Notes under the pieces: model-generated
Databases searched by the model: none
Told to the model about the DNA's origin: nothing
What the model saw: the letters and a program-made list of their open reading frames with translations, nothing else
Shown: positions 56,057 through 64,000 of the stretch, piece after piece
Layout of the letters: each line of letters begins with the position of its first letter
Position numbering within the stretch: position 1 is the stretch's first letter
Program-made: the position numbers and the translations under genes
From: an uncultured Gammaproteobacteria bacterium
GTDB lineage: Bacteria > Patescibacteriota > Patescibacteriia > Magasanikbacterales > GWA2-37-8
Length of the DNA stretch: 64,000 nt
Direction of reading: 5' to 3'
Assembly (NCBI GenBank): GCA_964444705.1
Contig: CAYUHX010000002.1
Coordinates: 22,869 to 86,868, forward strand

Positions 56057-56875
56057 TTATCTCCAGCGATTTATTTCATCTTGTAGCTTCATTGCCTCTT
56101 CCCGTGATCTCTCAGCAAAGTTTTCTCCGCTTGATGCAAAAATGATACCTCGTGATGAATTGATAATGAGGCCAGATTTGTAGGAGTTGAGGCCGGCTTT
56201 GACTGTTTTTTCAAGATCGCCACCTTGAGAATTAACCCCTGGAGTAAGAATAAAAGTATCTCCGGCCAAGCGACGAATTTCGCCGAGTTCTTCGGGGTAG
56301 GTGGCGCCAGCAACAATAAAACAGTTATGGTTTTTGTTCCATTCGGTCACGGTTTTTCGTGTCACAATTTTGTAAAGTGCTTCGCCGTCAACAAGAAGAT
56401 CTTGAAATTCTCCTGCGCCAGGGTTAGATGTGCGGCACAAAATAAAAGAGCCTTTATCTTTTCTTTCTAGAAAAGGTTGCAATGCTTCCCCGCCAAGGTA
56501 GGGGTTTAGGGTCACAGCATCAGCTTGTAAATAATCAAATCCGTAGGCTGCTGAAGAGGTCATAGTGTTGCCAATGTCGCCGCGTTTTAAATCCACGAGG
56601 AGAAAAATGTCTGGATAGTTTGCGCGAATATAATCGCATGTGAGTTTTAATTCACGTACGCCGGCTTCACCACGGGCTTCATAAAAGGCAGGATTGGGTT
56701 TGTAGGTGCAGACAAGATCAGCGGTCGCATCTATTATTTTTTTATTAAAATCAAATTGAGGTGTAGGCGATGTCTTAAACTGTTCGGGCAATTTCGCCAT
56801 TTCTGGGTCGAGACCTATACACAAAAGTGAGTTATTTTTTTGAATGATGGTATCAAGGTTTTTTTGAATAAGCAT
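56057..56875 (-). CDS. pyrF: orotidine-5'-phosphate decarboxylase (type 2)
   Basis: LCIGLDP...LVDLKRGDIGNT are type-2 OMPdecase motifs. 272 aa. Confidence 0.8.
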   Translation of the reverse strand: MLIQKNLDTIIQKNNSLLCIGLDPEMAKLPEQFKTSPTPQFDFNKKIIDATADLVCTYKPNPAFYEARGEAGVRELKLTCDYIRANYPDIFLLVDLKRGDIGNTMTSSAAYGFDYLQADAVTLNPYLGGEALQPFLERKDKGSFILCRTSNPGAGEFQDLLVDGEALYKIVTRKTVTEWNKNHNCFIVAGATYPEELGEIRRLAGDTFILTPGVNSQGGDLEKTVKAGLNSYKSGLIINSSRGIIFASSGENFAERSREEAMKLQDEINRWR

Positions 56876-56878
56876 AGT

Positions 56879-57616
56879 TTAAAGTGAAAGCGAATCAGGA
56901 GACAGGTGTGAAAACTCGGCTAAGAGCGCGTGACGTTGTATGTCTGAAAGTTGTGGCCACACTTCAAGAATAATGTCGTCAATCGTGGCTACATAGCCAA
57001 TGGAACGGATGCCTTCTTTGGCCAAGGTGTGTAGTGCGCGCTCGGTTTCGCGTACCACACCAATTTCAAGATGAAAACGAGCGTCATTAAAAATTGATGG
57101 ATATTCTTTTTTGAGAAGAGCAGCTGTCTCGGCCACAGTGTTACCAGTGGTTAAAACACTATCAAGAAATACAAAAATAGGTTGGGCAGGCATTTCTCTC
57201 GGAAGACGGATCGTCTTGCCAGAACCTTTTTCTAATTCAGCTAAATGAGTGCTGATAATTTCAATTTGAGGTCTTTCGAGAAGGTAGGCGAGTGTACCGG
57301 TGAGTTGAGGACTTGTTTTGCCGTGTATGTTTATGAACACTGTTTGGTCTATTGGAAGTGTCGTCAAAATCGAATCGCGCATTGCCTCCACAAATGGTTT
57401 AAACGTGTCTGGTTGATTAATCACATCGCTGTGATCAATATAGATCCACGATTTTTTACCGCTGCGCAGAGTGTGCACGCCTTCGGGGTTGGTGTTTTTA
57501 TCAAACGGCTCATCGTTGCCAGCGATTTTTATGGCACCAGCCAGCACCAAGGCATCGATGTAGGCGGCTTTGGAGCGTTCTTTGTTTGGTTTAGTTAAGA
57601 GTGGCATTGAAGACAT
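56879..57616 (-). CDS. phosphoribosyltransferase-domain protein (second PRTase in the pyr cluster)
   Basis: PRPP-binding motif IFVFLDSVLTTGNTV. Confidence 0.5.
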   Translation of the reverse strand: MSSMPLLTKPNKERSKAAYIDALVLAGAIKIAGNDEPFDKNTNPEGVHTLRSGKKSWIYIDHSDVINQPDTFKPFVEAMRDSILTTLPIDQTVFINIHGKTSPQLTGTLAYLLERPQIEIISTHLAELEKGSGKTIRLPREMPAQPIFVFLDSVLTTGNTVAETAALLKKEYPSIFNDARFHLEIGVVRETERALHTLAKEGIRSIGYVATIDDIILEVWPQLSDIQRHALLAEFSHLSPDSLSL

Positions 57617-57624
57617 ATAGGTCG

Positions 57625-58272
57625 TTAAAGATGTGAAAAACGCGCGCTCCAGGCTTCAGGGTCAGCACTCCAATTAAGCGCTTGTTCTTTTTCTTGAGAG
57701 TTTAAGTAGTGTTCAGTTGTTGCGGTGTCTAATAAAGTAGAAAAATTACTGAGAGTATACAGATTAATATTTTTTTCGGCAAATGCTTTTTTTGCCTGGC
57801 TCATTTGATAGTCAAAAATTGCAATCACATCAGTGACAATCGCAGTGCGTTCATTCATGCATGCGGCGGCAGATTTGAGCGAGCTACCTCCTGTTGAAAT
57901 CAGATCTTCCACGATGAGCACGCGCGCACCATTTTTTAGTGCGCCCTCCACTTGTTTTCCTTTACCATGATCTTTAGGTTCTGGACGAATATATACCATT
58001 GGTTTGTTGAGTGTGTAGGCTAAAAAAGATGCCCAAGGCACGGCAGCTAGAGCAGTTCCTCCTATGACATCAAATTCAATCTTTTTTTCTTCAATAAGAC
58101 GAACAAAACCATTAATTATTTTTTTTCGTTCTTCGGGGAAAGAAATAAGTAGGCGATTGTCACAGTAAATAGGTGATTTTAGTCCGGATGACCAGGTGTA
58201 CGGTGGGTTCGTGCTGAGAGTAACCGCTTTGGCGCTAAGAAGAATATGGGCGATTTCTTGGTCTATAGACAT
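57625..58272 (-). CDS. pyrE: orotate phosphoribosyltransferase
   Basis: SGLKSPIYCDNR...VLIVEDLISTGGS are PyrE motifs. 215 aa. Confidence 0.8.
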   Translation of the reverse strand: MSIDQEIAHILLSAKAVTLSTNPPYTWSSGLKSPIYCDNRLLISFPEERKKIINGFVRLIEEKKIEFDVIGGTALAAVPWASFLAYTLNKPMVYIRPEPKDHGKGKQVEGALKNGARVLIVEDLISTGGSSLKSAAACMNERTAIVTDVIAIFDYQMSQAKKAFAEKNINLYTLSNFSTLLDTATTEHYLNSQEKEQALNWSADPEAWSARFSHL

Positions 58273-58290
58273 AGGTGTATGTATATAAAA

Positions 58291-58548
58291 TTATAATGCT
58301 CCCTCTTTTTTTAAAATAGAAATTTTTGTGTTTTCACCGCGATTGTAGCCGCCAGTTTTTCCATCAGAGCGCACTACCCGGTGACAAGGAATAGTGGGGT
58401 CAAAATTTTTATTTAAAATATTTCCCACCGCGCGATAAGCCCCCGGTCGCCCAGCGGCATCAGCTACTTGTTTGTAGGTGAGGGTTTTTCCTTTGGGAAT
58501 TTTTTTCACTACCGAGTAAACTGATTTGGTGAAAGAAACTTTTTCCAT
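58291..58548 (-). CDS. MGMT-family protein (O6-alkylguanine-DNA alkyltransferase-like DNA-binding domain only)
   Basis: 85 aa with IPCHRVV (PCHR active-site motif) and a helix-turn-helix YKQVADAAG. Confidence 0.6.
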   Translation of the reverse strand: MEKVSFTKSVYSVVKKIPKGKTLTYKQVADAAGRPGAYRAVGNILNKNFDPTIPCHRVVRSDGKTGGYNRGENTKISILKKEGAL

Positions 58549-58614
58549 ACGTTATGTGATTGGTTGATAGATGTTAAAAAATTTCTGTCACACATACAAA
58601 GTAAAAAACTTATT

Positions 58615-59361
58615 TTAGTTAGGTAGTTCGTTTTTTTTAACTGTATGACCATTGTCCATATTTTCCATTACAGCAGCTATTTCTTTATCAAGAAGTCTGA
58701 TTTTTTCTTCCTCATCTTGTTCAATTTGCCGAATGGTTTCTGGATCAAGCGAATCACGAAGAGCTGCCAGTTTATTTAGTTCTTCTTTATAAGTTGGGGT
58801 GGTGCCGAGAATTGTATCTCTCAATTTTTGCGCTCTCCTATCTCCTTCAAAATTTTCTGAGCTCGTTTTTATGCCTACACTTTTAAGAAGTTGTGCTTGA
58901 TTCCATACTTCTTTTGTATTATTTGAACTTTTTGGAAATGCTGCATCGTAGCGTATATCGTCTGCGGCATCAAGATCTTGCCAGCTTGCGCGGTGAAATT
59001 TAAGAGGTTCTGCGGCAGGATCTAATTCAGCAGAATCAATTGAGCGATATTTATTGTGTGAAGGAGGGTGATTTATAGTTTTTTTGGTTTCATTTATTAT
59101 ACGCGCTTCTGCTTTTTGTAAATTTTCTTCTGCAAGAACAGAGTCTTGAAGGTCAAAGACGCGTAGATCTCCTTGTCGTTTTGCATCGAAACTGGTCGCT
59201 ATACCGACACCATCGAGAAGTTCTCGATGTTTTTTTCTAGCCTCATCAGCTGAATTTTCTGGATCAAGTCTGAGGTTTTGAAGTCGATCGTTCTGTTCTC
59301 GAATCATATCGGCTGCTTTTAAAGCATCCTGTGAAGCTCGAGGGTTAATTTCTCCAATCAT
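58615..59361 (-). CDS. hypothetical coiled-coil protein
   Basis: 248 aa, charged. No recognisable motif. Confidence 0.4.
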   Translation of the reverse strand: MIGEINPRASQDALKAADMIREQNDRLQNLRLDPENSADEARKKHRELLDGVGIATSFDAKRQGDLRVFDLQDSVLAEENLQKAEARIINETKKTINHPPSHNKYRSIDSAELDPAAEPLKFHRASWQDLDAADDIRYDAAFPKSSNNTKEVWNQAQLLKSVGIKTSSENFEGDRRAQKLRDTILGTTPTYKEELNKLAALRDSLDPETIRQIEQDEEEKIRLLDKEIAAVMENMDNGHTVKKNELPN

Positions 59362-59373
59362 ATAGATGTTTAA

Positions 59374-60483
59374 TTATTTAGAAATATTTTTTAAAGTGTT
59401 GTGGTAATTTGTTGCAAGGTATGGATTCCACATCATGCCCGTGGCGACGAGTGCATATTCTGCTCCGGCGTGGATAAATTCATCAAAATGCTTCGGTTCG
59501 GTGATGCCACCAACGCCAATGAGAGTTAAACCAAGCTTCTCTTTATCAATTAGACTACGCGCTTCACGGACAAAATCAAGCGCCGCGGCGCGTATAGGGC
59601 CACCACAGATACCGCTGCTGAGCCGGCCTTCGCCTAGGGCTGGAAGGCCGTCAGTGGTAACCACTTTGCGCCCCACGGTGTTGATGCCCTCGATTGCTCG
59701 CACCCCAGCGCGGGCTGCAGCGACAAACACTTTTTTCATGAGCACCTTGTCGGGATATACACCAACTTTAATGATAAGTGGAATATCAATTCCCAGCGCT
59801 TTTACCAGCTTCTCGCTTATTTCTGCAACCGTGTCGGGATTGGTGAAAATGCTACCCTCACCACTACATACATTGGGACAAGAAAAATTAGCTTCGATGA
59901 TTTCGGCACCAGCCTCTTTGGCAATCATCGCTGCAGCGATAAAATCAGCGACAAAATCTTCACCTTCGCGTGGTGTGCCAACAACGGACACAATCAACAC
60001 CTGTCCGGGGAGGAGTGCTTTTTTAGCGCGGGCAATATCTTCTAAAAGAAAGGCGCGGTCATATGAAGGCATGCCAAACGAATTAGTGACCGCGAGTTCG
60101 GCCATAGAGTTGGGTAAGTCGCTCGTGGCAGAAAGTGTGGCAGAAGTTTCTCGAATATCGGTTGCGCCTTTCATATCGACATAGAGCATGTTCGGCAGTG
60201 GGTGCCCTGTCTGCGTCTGGCTGCGAATGGTTTTGTAGGTGACAATGTCAAAGCCGAGCTGGCTGGCAAGCGTCGTCCATTTTGAATTTAAAAGAGGGCC
60301 AGCAGGCACGCCAATCCGTGACGCAATGCGGTGGCCTAAAAAATCAATCCATTTTTCTTTTGGTGGAAAGATTCGTTCGGGAATGTGTCCGTCAAAAAAT
60401 GGGCCGTACTCAGCGTTATCGTGGTAACTTTTATTAATATCGTACAAAGGTGGATGAGATGGAAACCAGTTGAAAATAGACAT
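59374..60483 (-). CDS. pyrD: dihydroorotate dehydrogenase (class 1-like)
   Basis: GVPAGPL...ANFSCPN...GGPI...LIGVGGI are DHOD TIM-barrel motifs. Confidence 0.8.
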   Translation of the reverse strand: MSIFNWFPSHPPLYDINKSYHDNAEYGPFFDGHIPERIFPPKEKWIDFLGHRIASRIGVPAGPLLNSKWTTLASQLGFDIVTYKTIRSQTQTGHPLPNMLYVDMKGATDIRETSATLSATSDLPNSMAELAVTNSFGMPSYDRAFLLEDIARAKKALLPGQVLIVSVVGTPREGEDFVADFIAAAMIAKEAGAEIIEANFSCPNVCSGEGSIFTNPDTVAEISEKLVKALGIDIPLIIKVGVYPDKVLMKKVFVAAARAGVRAIEGINTVGRKVVTTDGLPALGEGRLSSGICGGPIRAAALDFVREARSLIDKEKLGLTLIGVGGITEPKHFDEFIHAGAEYALVATGMMWNPYLATNYHNTLKNISK

Positions 60484-60492
60484 AAAAAACCA

Positions 60493-61104
60493 TTAGGTGG
60501 CTAGATCACGCTGGCTATAGCCTTGTTTTCTTAAAGCAAGAAAGACAGGAAGTAAATAAATGTTGAGTGCATTAAGGGCGTCTCGAGATAGAGCTGCTTG
60601 ATTTTTATCAATGGCGTGACTTCGTTCGTCAATTAAGCGTTTTATTTCATCGCTCGACCGGTTGCACGCAACAAGAGTAGTATCAATTTCTCTCAAAAAT
60701 TCTTGATTATTTTGTCCTATTCGTCTTGGGCTTGAGGAAGTATTTTTTTCTTTTTTCATTTGAGTGTCTGGTTCTTTTTCTTCTAAGAGAAAGCGAGTAG
60801 AATTTAGTTGGTGTGAAAAATAGCAATGAAAATTATTAAGCCAGCGTGCTAAAATACGCAATCGGACACTTTTTTCATCTGGTGGCATGCCTACATCGCT
60901 CAGTGTCATACCCTGCTTGGCGAGAGTTTTATTGATCAATTCTTCTGATGCCAGTTGGTCTTCTTCAGTTTTTCTTAATTCCTCAATAATTGTTTTGGGA
61001 AGTGTAGTGGGAATATCCGGACAAAGTGAATAAAGCCACTCGGGCGTTGGTGCAGATTCTTTTTCTAAAAGATGCACAATTTCTAGCGGGTTTTGTTCAC
61101 TCAT
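60493..61104 (-). CDS. hypothetical protein
   Basis: ORF between pyrC and pyrD. Start trimmed to MSEQNPLEIV to abut the pyrC stop. Confidence 0.4.
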   Translation of the reverse strand: MSEQNPLEIVHLLEKESAPTPEWLYSLCPDIPTTLPKTIIEELRKTEEDQLASEELINKTLAKQGMTLSDVGMPPDEKSVRLRILARWLNNFHCYFSHQLNSTRFLLEEKEPDTQMKKEKNTSSSPRRIGQNNQEFLREIDTTLVACNRSSDEIKRLIDERSHAIDKNQAALSRDALNALNIYLLPVFLALRKQGYSQRDLAT

Positions 61105-62297
61105 AAGGTAGCAAGAGACAGGTATAGAGTAGGAAAAGATAGTGCGGTGGGCCAACCTTGTATGTCTTTTTCTGCAAATGGTGACCAGTGACATTTTGTT
61201 TTTAAATTTTCATTTTTAATTTTCTTTTTTAAATTTAGATCGACAATTACCCACTCGTTTGTTTCAGGTAGATTGAAAATTTTTTGTGGATTGGTGTGGG
61301 TAAGGGCAACAATTTTTTCGAGAGTAATTTTTCCTTTATGGTATGCATTAAGAAGAAGGGGAAGAGTGGTTTCAATGCCGGGTACGCCAGAAGGAGAAGC
61401 GGGGTACTCTACATTTTTTTCGGCAAGAGTGTGGGGAGCATGGTCTGAGCCAATGGTATCGATCGTGCCATCCTGCACCGCTTCCCAGAGTGCGTCTTGA
61501 TCTTCATTTGTGCGAAGGGGTGGATTCATTTGGGCGAGCGTGCCAAGTCGGTCGTAATCGTCAACCGTGAGGAAAAGATGGTGAGGGGTGGTTTCAGCGT
61601 ATACGCGCACGCCACGTTTTTTGGCAGCTCGGATGAGCGAAAGCTCTTCTTTAGTGCTGATGTGTAGAAGATAGAGCGAAGAAGAAAATTGTTCTGCGAG
61701 CTCAATGGCGCGGGCAACACCAGTGGCTGCCACTGTGTTTGAGCGAATGAGTGAATGGTCTGAAGTGGTTGGAGAAGGATGCGTGAGTTTGTTGGCGTTA
61801 ATCAGCGCCTCGTCTTCGGCATGGGCAACAATGGGTAAGTTGAGTTCGTGTGCAAGAGCAAATATTTTTTCTTGATCAGATTTTTTATCAACGAGCAAAG
61901 TGCCGGTGCTCGAGCCCATAAAAATTTTAATTCCAATTACTTCATTTTTACATTTACGTATCTCATCGGCGTTATTTGTAGTTGCACCAATGTAAAAATA
62001 CGGATGAATTGGGTAGAGAGAATTTTTGAGTAATTCATGTATCTGTTGTTTTTTTTGCTTGAGAAGGTCATAGGTAGTGATACTTGGCACATTATTTGGC
62101 ATATCACAGACTGTTGTCACACCGCCTGCGTGTGCGGCCATAGTTCCGCTCAACCAATCTTCTTTATATTCTTGGCCTGGTGTACGAAAATGTACATGGC
62201 AATCAATGAGTGCGGGTAGGGTGATATGGTGTTCTGTGAGCTCATTAACAATGTGTGGTAAAGAAATAGTTTTTCCGTGGTAGGTTTTAATCTGCAT
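61101..62297 (-). CDS. pyrC: dihydroorotase
   Basis: ALIDCHVHFRTPG (HxH metal site), ...GGVTTVCDMPNN, ...VAHAED and GSDHAPH motifs. Confidence 0.8.
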   Translation of the reverse strand: MQIKTYHGKTISLPHIVNELTEHHITLPALIDCHVHFRTPGQEYKEDWLSGTMAAHAGGVTTVCDMPNNVPSITTYDLLKQKKQQIHELLKNSLYPIHPYFYIGATTNNADEIRKCKNEVIGIKIFMGSSTGTLLVDKKSDQEKIFALAHELNLPIVAHAEDEALINANKLTHPSPTTSDHSLIRSNTVAATGVARAIELAEQFSSSLYLLHISTKEELSLIRAAKKRGVRVYAETTPHHLFLTVDDYDRLGTLAQMNPPLRTNEDQDALWEAVQDGTIDTIGSDHAPHTLAEKNVEYPASPSGVPGIETTLPLLLNAYHKGKITLEKIVALTHTNPQKIFNLPETNEWVIVDLNLKKKIKNENLKTKCHWSPFAEKDIQGWPTALSFPTLYLSLATL

Positions 62298-62302
62298 AGA
62301 GT

Positions 62303-62782
62303 TTAGGTGCGATAGTCTTTTATTTCTTTACGCAAGAAGGTGCGCTCGCAGTATTTACAAGTGAGGGTGAGGAGAGTTTTATTAGTTTGTGTGAGGTAGA
62401 AAAAACTATCCATGGGTTCATGGTTGGTGATGCATTTGCCGTTAGGGCAAATGATGAGACGGGTGATATGCGTAGGTACTTCCAAGATAAATTTTTTAAT
62501 AACCGCGTAGTTTTTGATGATATTGACTGTTGCGCCGGGAGAAAGCAGGGCTATTCGTTTACCTTCATCTAAAGTAAGTTCCCAATCTTCAATTTTTATT
62601 AAATCTTTGGTGCCCTTACTTTTGCTTGGCAAATTAATGCCAATAGTAATAATTTTTTCGTGAGTATCTTTTAAATCAAGCAAGTCAACAATTTTAAGTG
62701 CTTGTTTTGATTCAATGTGGTCAATCACCGTGCCGTTTTTAAGTGCGGCAACATGAAGTTTCTTTGGTTCAGGCATACGCAT
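62303..62782 (-). CDS. pyrI: aspartate carbamoyltransferase regulatory subunit
   Basis: LHVAALKNGTVIDHI allosteric-domain N-terminus and a C-terminal Zn domain with 4 Cys (CPNGKC...CKYC). ATGA overlap with pyrB. Confidence 0.85.
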   Translation of the reverse strand: MRMPEPKKLHVAALKNGTVIDHIESKQALKIVDLLDLKDTHEKIITIGINLPSKSKGTKDLIKIEDWELTLDEGKRIALLSPGATVNIIKNYAVIKKFILEVPTHITRLIICPNGKCITNHEPMDSFFYLTQTNKTLLTLTCKYCERTFLRKEIKDYRT

Positions 62783-63705
62783 TATTTAATTTTTCCTAAT
62801 ACCAAACCGAGCAATGCTTGTCGCACATAGAGTGCATTTTTTGCTTGCTCAAAATAATATGCTTGGGTCATAGTATCAATTGAGGTGTGAATCTCATTGA
62901 CGCGCGGTAGTGGGTGTAGAATTTTTAAATTTTTTTTGGTTTTTTCGAGATGCCGAGGATGAAGAATATAAAGATCTTTGAGCTGTTCGTATTCCAAAGG
63001 ATCAGGAAAGCGCTCTGCCTGGATACGCGTCATGTAGACAATATCTACTTCATCGATGATGTCTTCAATCTTTTCGTGACACGAAAATTTAATGCCAGCC
63101 TCACGAAGTGAAGCGCAAATGGCTGCAGGCATAGCGAGTGGTTCGGGCGCAACAAAGTAGAGGCGTGCGTCGAAATGAGTGAGCGCGTGCGCCAGTGAAT
63201 GCACGGTACGCCCATATTTGAGATCGCCAACCATGGCAATTTTTAGGCCAGTCAATTTTTTTTGACATTCTTGAATGGTGTAAAGATCAAGGAGGGTTTG
63301 AGTGGGATGTTGATTGGCTCCATCACCGCAATTGATCACTGGTTTCTCGGTGGCTTCGGCTGCCCGGCGGGCGGCGCCTTCAAGGTAGTGTCGGATGACG
63401 ATGACATCGGCATAGTGGCTCATCATTTTGGTGGTGTCGTAGACCGTCTCGCCTTTTTTGGTTGAAGTGACTCCGGCATCGGCAAATCCCACCACGCGAC
63501 CACCAAGACGTTGCATGGCAGTTTCAAATGACAATCGTGTTCGAGTGGAGGGTTCAAAAAAGCAACTTCCCATAATGAGTCCTTGAAGTAGTTTTGGTCG
63601 AGGACGTTTTCTAATTTCTTTTGCAACGCGAAGAACATGTTCAATTTCTTTTTTTGAAAATTCTTCAATTGAGATGATGTCGCGGTTATGAAATGAAAGT
63701 GTCAT
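62782..63705 (-). CDS. pyrB: aspartate carbamoyltransferase catalytic subunit
   Basis: FFEPSTRTRLSFETA (carbamoyl-P site), HPTQ and HPLP motifs. 307 aa. Confidence 0.9.
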   Translation of the reverse strand: MTLSFHNRDIISIEEFSKKEIEHVLRVAKEIRKRPRPKLLQGLIMGSCFFEPSTRTRLSFETAMQRLGGRVVGFADAGVTSTKKGETVYDTTKMMSHYADVIVIRHYLEGAARRAAEATEKPVINCGDGANQHPTQTLLDLYTIQECQKKLTGLKIAMVGDLKYGRTVHSLAHALTHFDARLYFVAPEPLAMPAAICASLREAGIKFSCHEKIEDIIDEVDIVYMTRIQAERFPDPLEYEQLKDLYILHPRHLEKTKKNLKILHPLPRVNEIHTSIDTMTQAYYFEQAKNALYVRQALLGLVLGKIK

Positions 63706-63834
63706 ACGATAAAAAAATAGCCACCCTGTTCGGGTGGCCGATTATAGATGAATGGTTTAAATTAAAGATGATTACTCGCATGAATTCTTAGTTATCTGTA
63801 TCTGACTCAGTTTATCAGAAGCCACTTATCTGGT

Positions 63835-64000
63835 CAAACAGGGGTAGTATCCACAGAGGAGTGTTGTGAGGTCATGTATTCTTGCCATGATGTGGGCTCG
63901 ATTATATCGTTATTTACTTCAACTAAACAGCGTAAAAATAATTGAGCAATAGGTAAATTTGTGATGAGAGGAATTTTGTGGTCAATGGCCTGGCGGCGAA
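63835..64000 (-). CDS. carB: carbamoyl-phosphate synthase large subunit, C-terminal (MGS-like) end, partial
   Basis: Reverse-strand frame ...RRQAIDHKIPLITNLPIAQLFLRCLVEV...* resembles the CarB C-terminal MGS domain. The gene runs off the window end. Confidence 0.45.

Noticed and set aside
59435-60184. 249-aa plus-strand ORF inside pyrD
   Set aside because: It is antisense to a well-supported dihydroorotate dehydrogenase. Its translation is S/A/P-rich and low-complexity.
1-64000. Alternative genetic code (UGA recoding) as in some candidate-phyla bacteria
   Set aside because: TGA terminates yebC (29974-29976). Long conserved genes (rpoB, rpoC, ileS, ftsK) are uninterrupted under code 11.
1-64000. 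CRISPR arrays, rRNA genes, integrases/transposases/IS elements
   Set aside because: No regularly spaced direct repeats were seen, no rRNA-like conserved stretches, and no ORF with DDE or tyrosine-recombinase motifs. The GC-rich island has no recognisable mobility gene.

Overview
This window is a 64-kb stretch of a low-GC (about 40%) bacterial chromosome. It uses the standard genetic code: TGA is used as a stop (for example yebC), and long ORFs are not interrupted. No CRISPR array, rRNA, integrase or transposase is visible.

The backbone carries housekeeping genes:
- a partial Fe/Mn superoxide dismutase at the 5' end;
- recA and ftsK;
- rpoB and rpoC with an upstream sigma70-like promoter and a downstream terminator;
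- a CapA-family gene, yebC, ruvC, a TrmH/SpoU methyltransferase and a PfkB kinase;
- trxB, rpe and rpiB;
- a type-2 ileS, a CDF transporter, a Nif3-family gene, ruvA and an SPFH protein;
- a minus-strand pyrimidine cluster: carB (partial), pyrB, pyrI, pyrC, pyrD, an MGMT-family gene, pyrE, a second PRTase and pyrF;
- one tRNA-Gly(UCC).

A co-directional minus-strand operon (7.1-12.5 kb) encodes VKOR, two DsbA-like proteins, an HMA/CcdA-like/cupredoxin membrane protein, a BlaR1-type M56 peptidase and a BlaI/CopY-family repressor. A TACA-N3-TGTA dyad overlaps its promoter.

Several segments of 55-65% GC interrupt the backbone. Almost all encode lipoproteins or membrane proteins, which suggests horizontal acquisition from a high-GC donor.

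The largest segment (about 37.3-44.55 kb) is the most interesting locus. It carries a secreted metallophosphoesterase and a Cys-rich lipoprotein. These are followed by a 577-aa protein with two tandem TIR-like domains, a CHAT/caspase-like His-Cys protein, and a multi-pass membrane protein. This is a candidate, apparently undescribed TIR plus caspase-like plus membrane-effector conflict/defense module. Terminator hairpins bracket it and no mobility genes are present.

Other oddities:
- a purine-rich 15-28 nt repeat occurs in-frame at three sites inside ileS, including a (GGAACAA)x4 heptamer tract;
- a hyper-acidic 51-aa micro-ORF lies between a perfect 24-bp palindrome and a terminator;
- an 830-bp region upstream of rpoB contains an orphan terminator and an attenuator-like leader hairpin.
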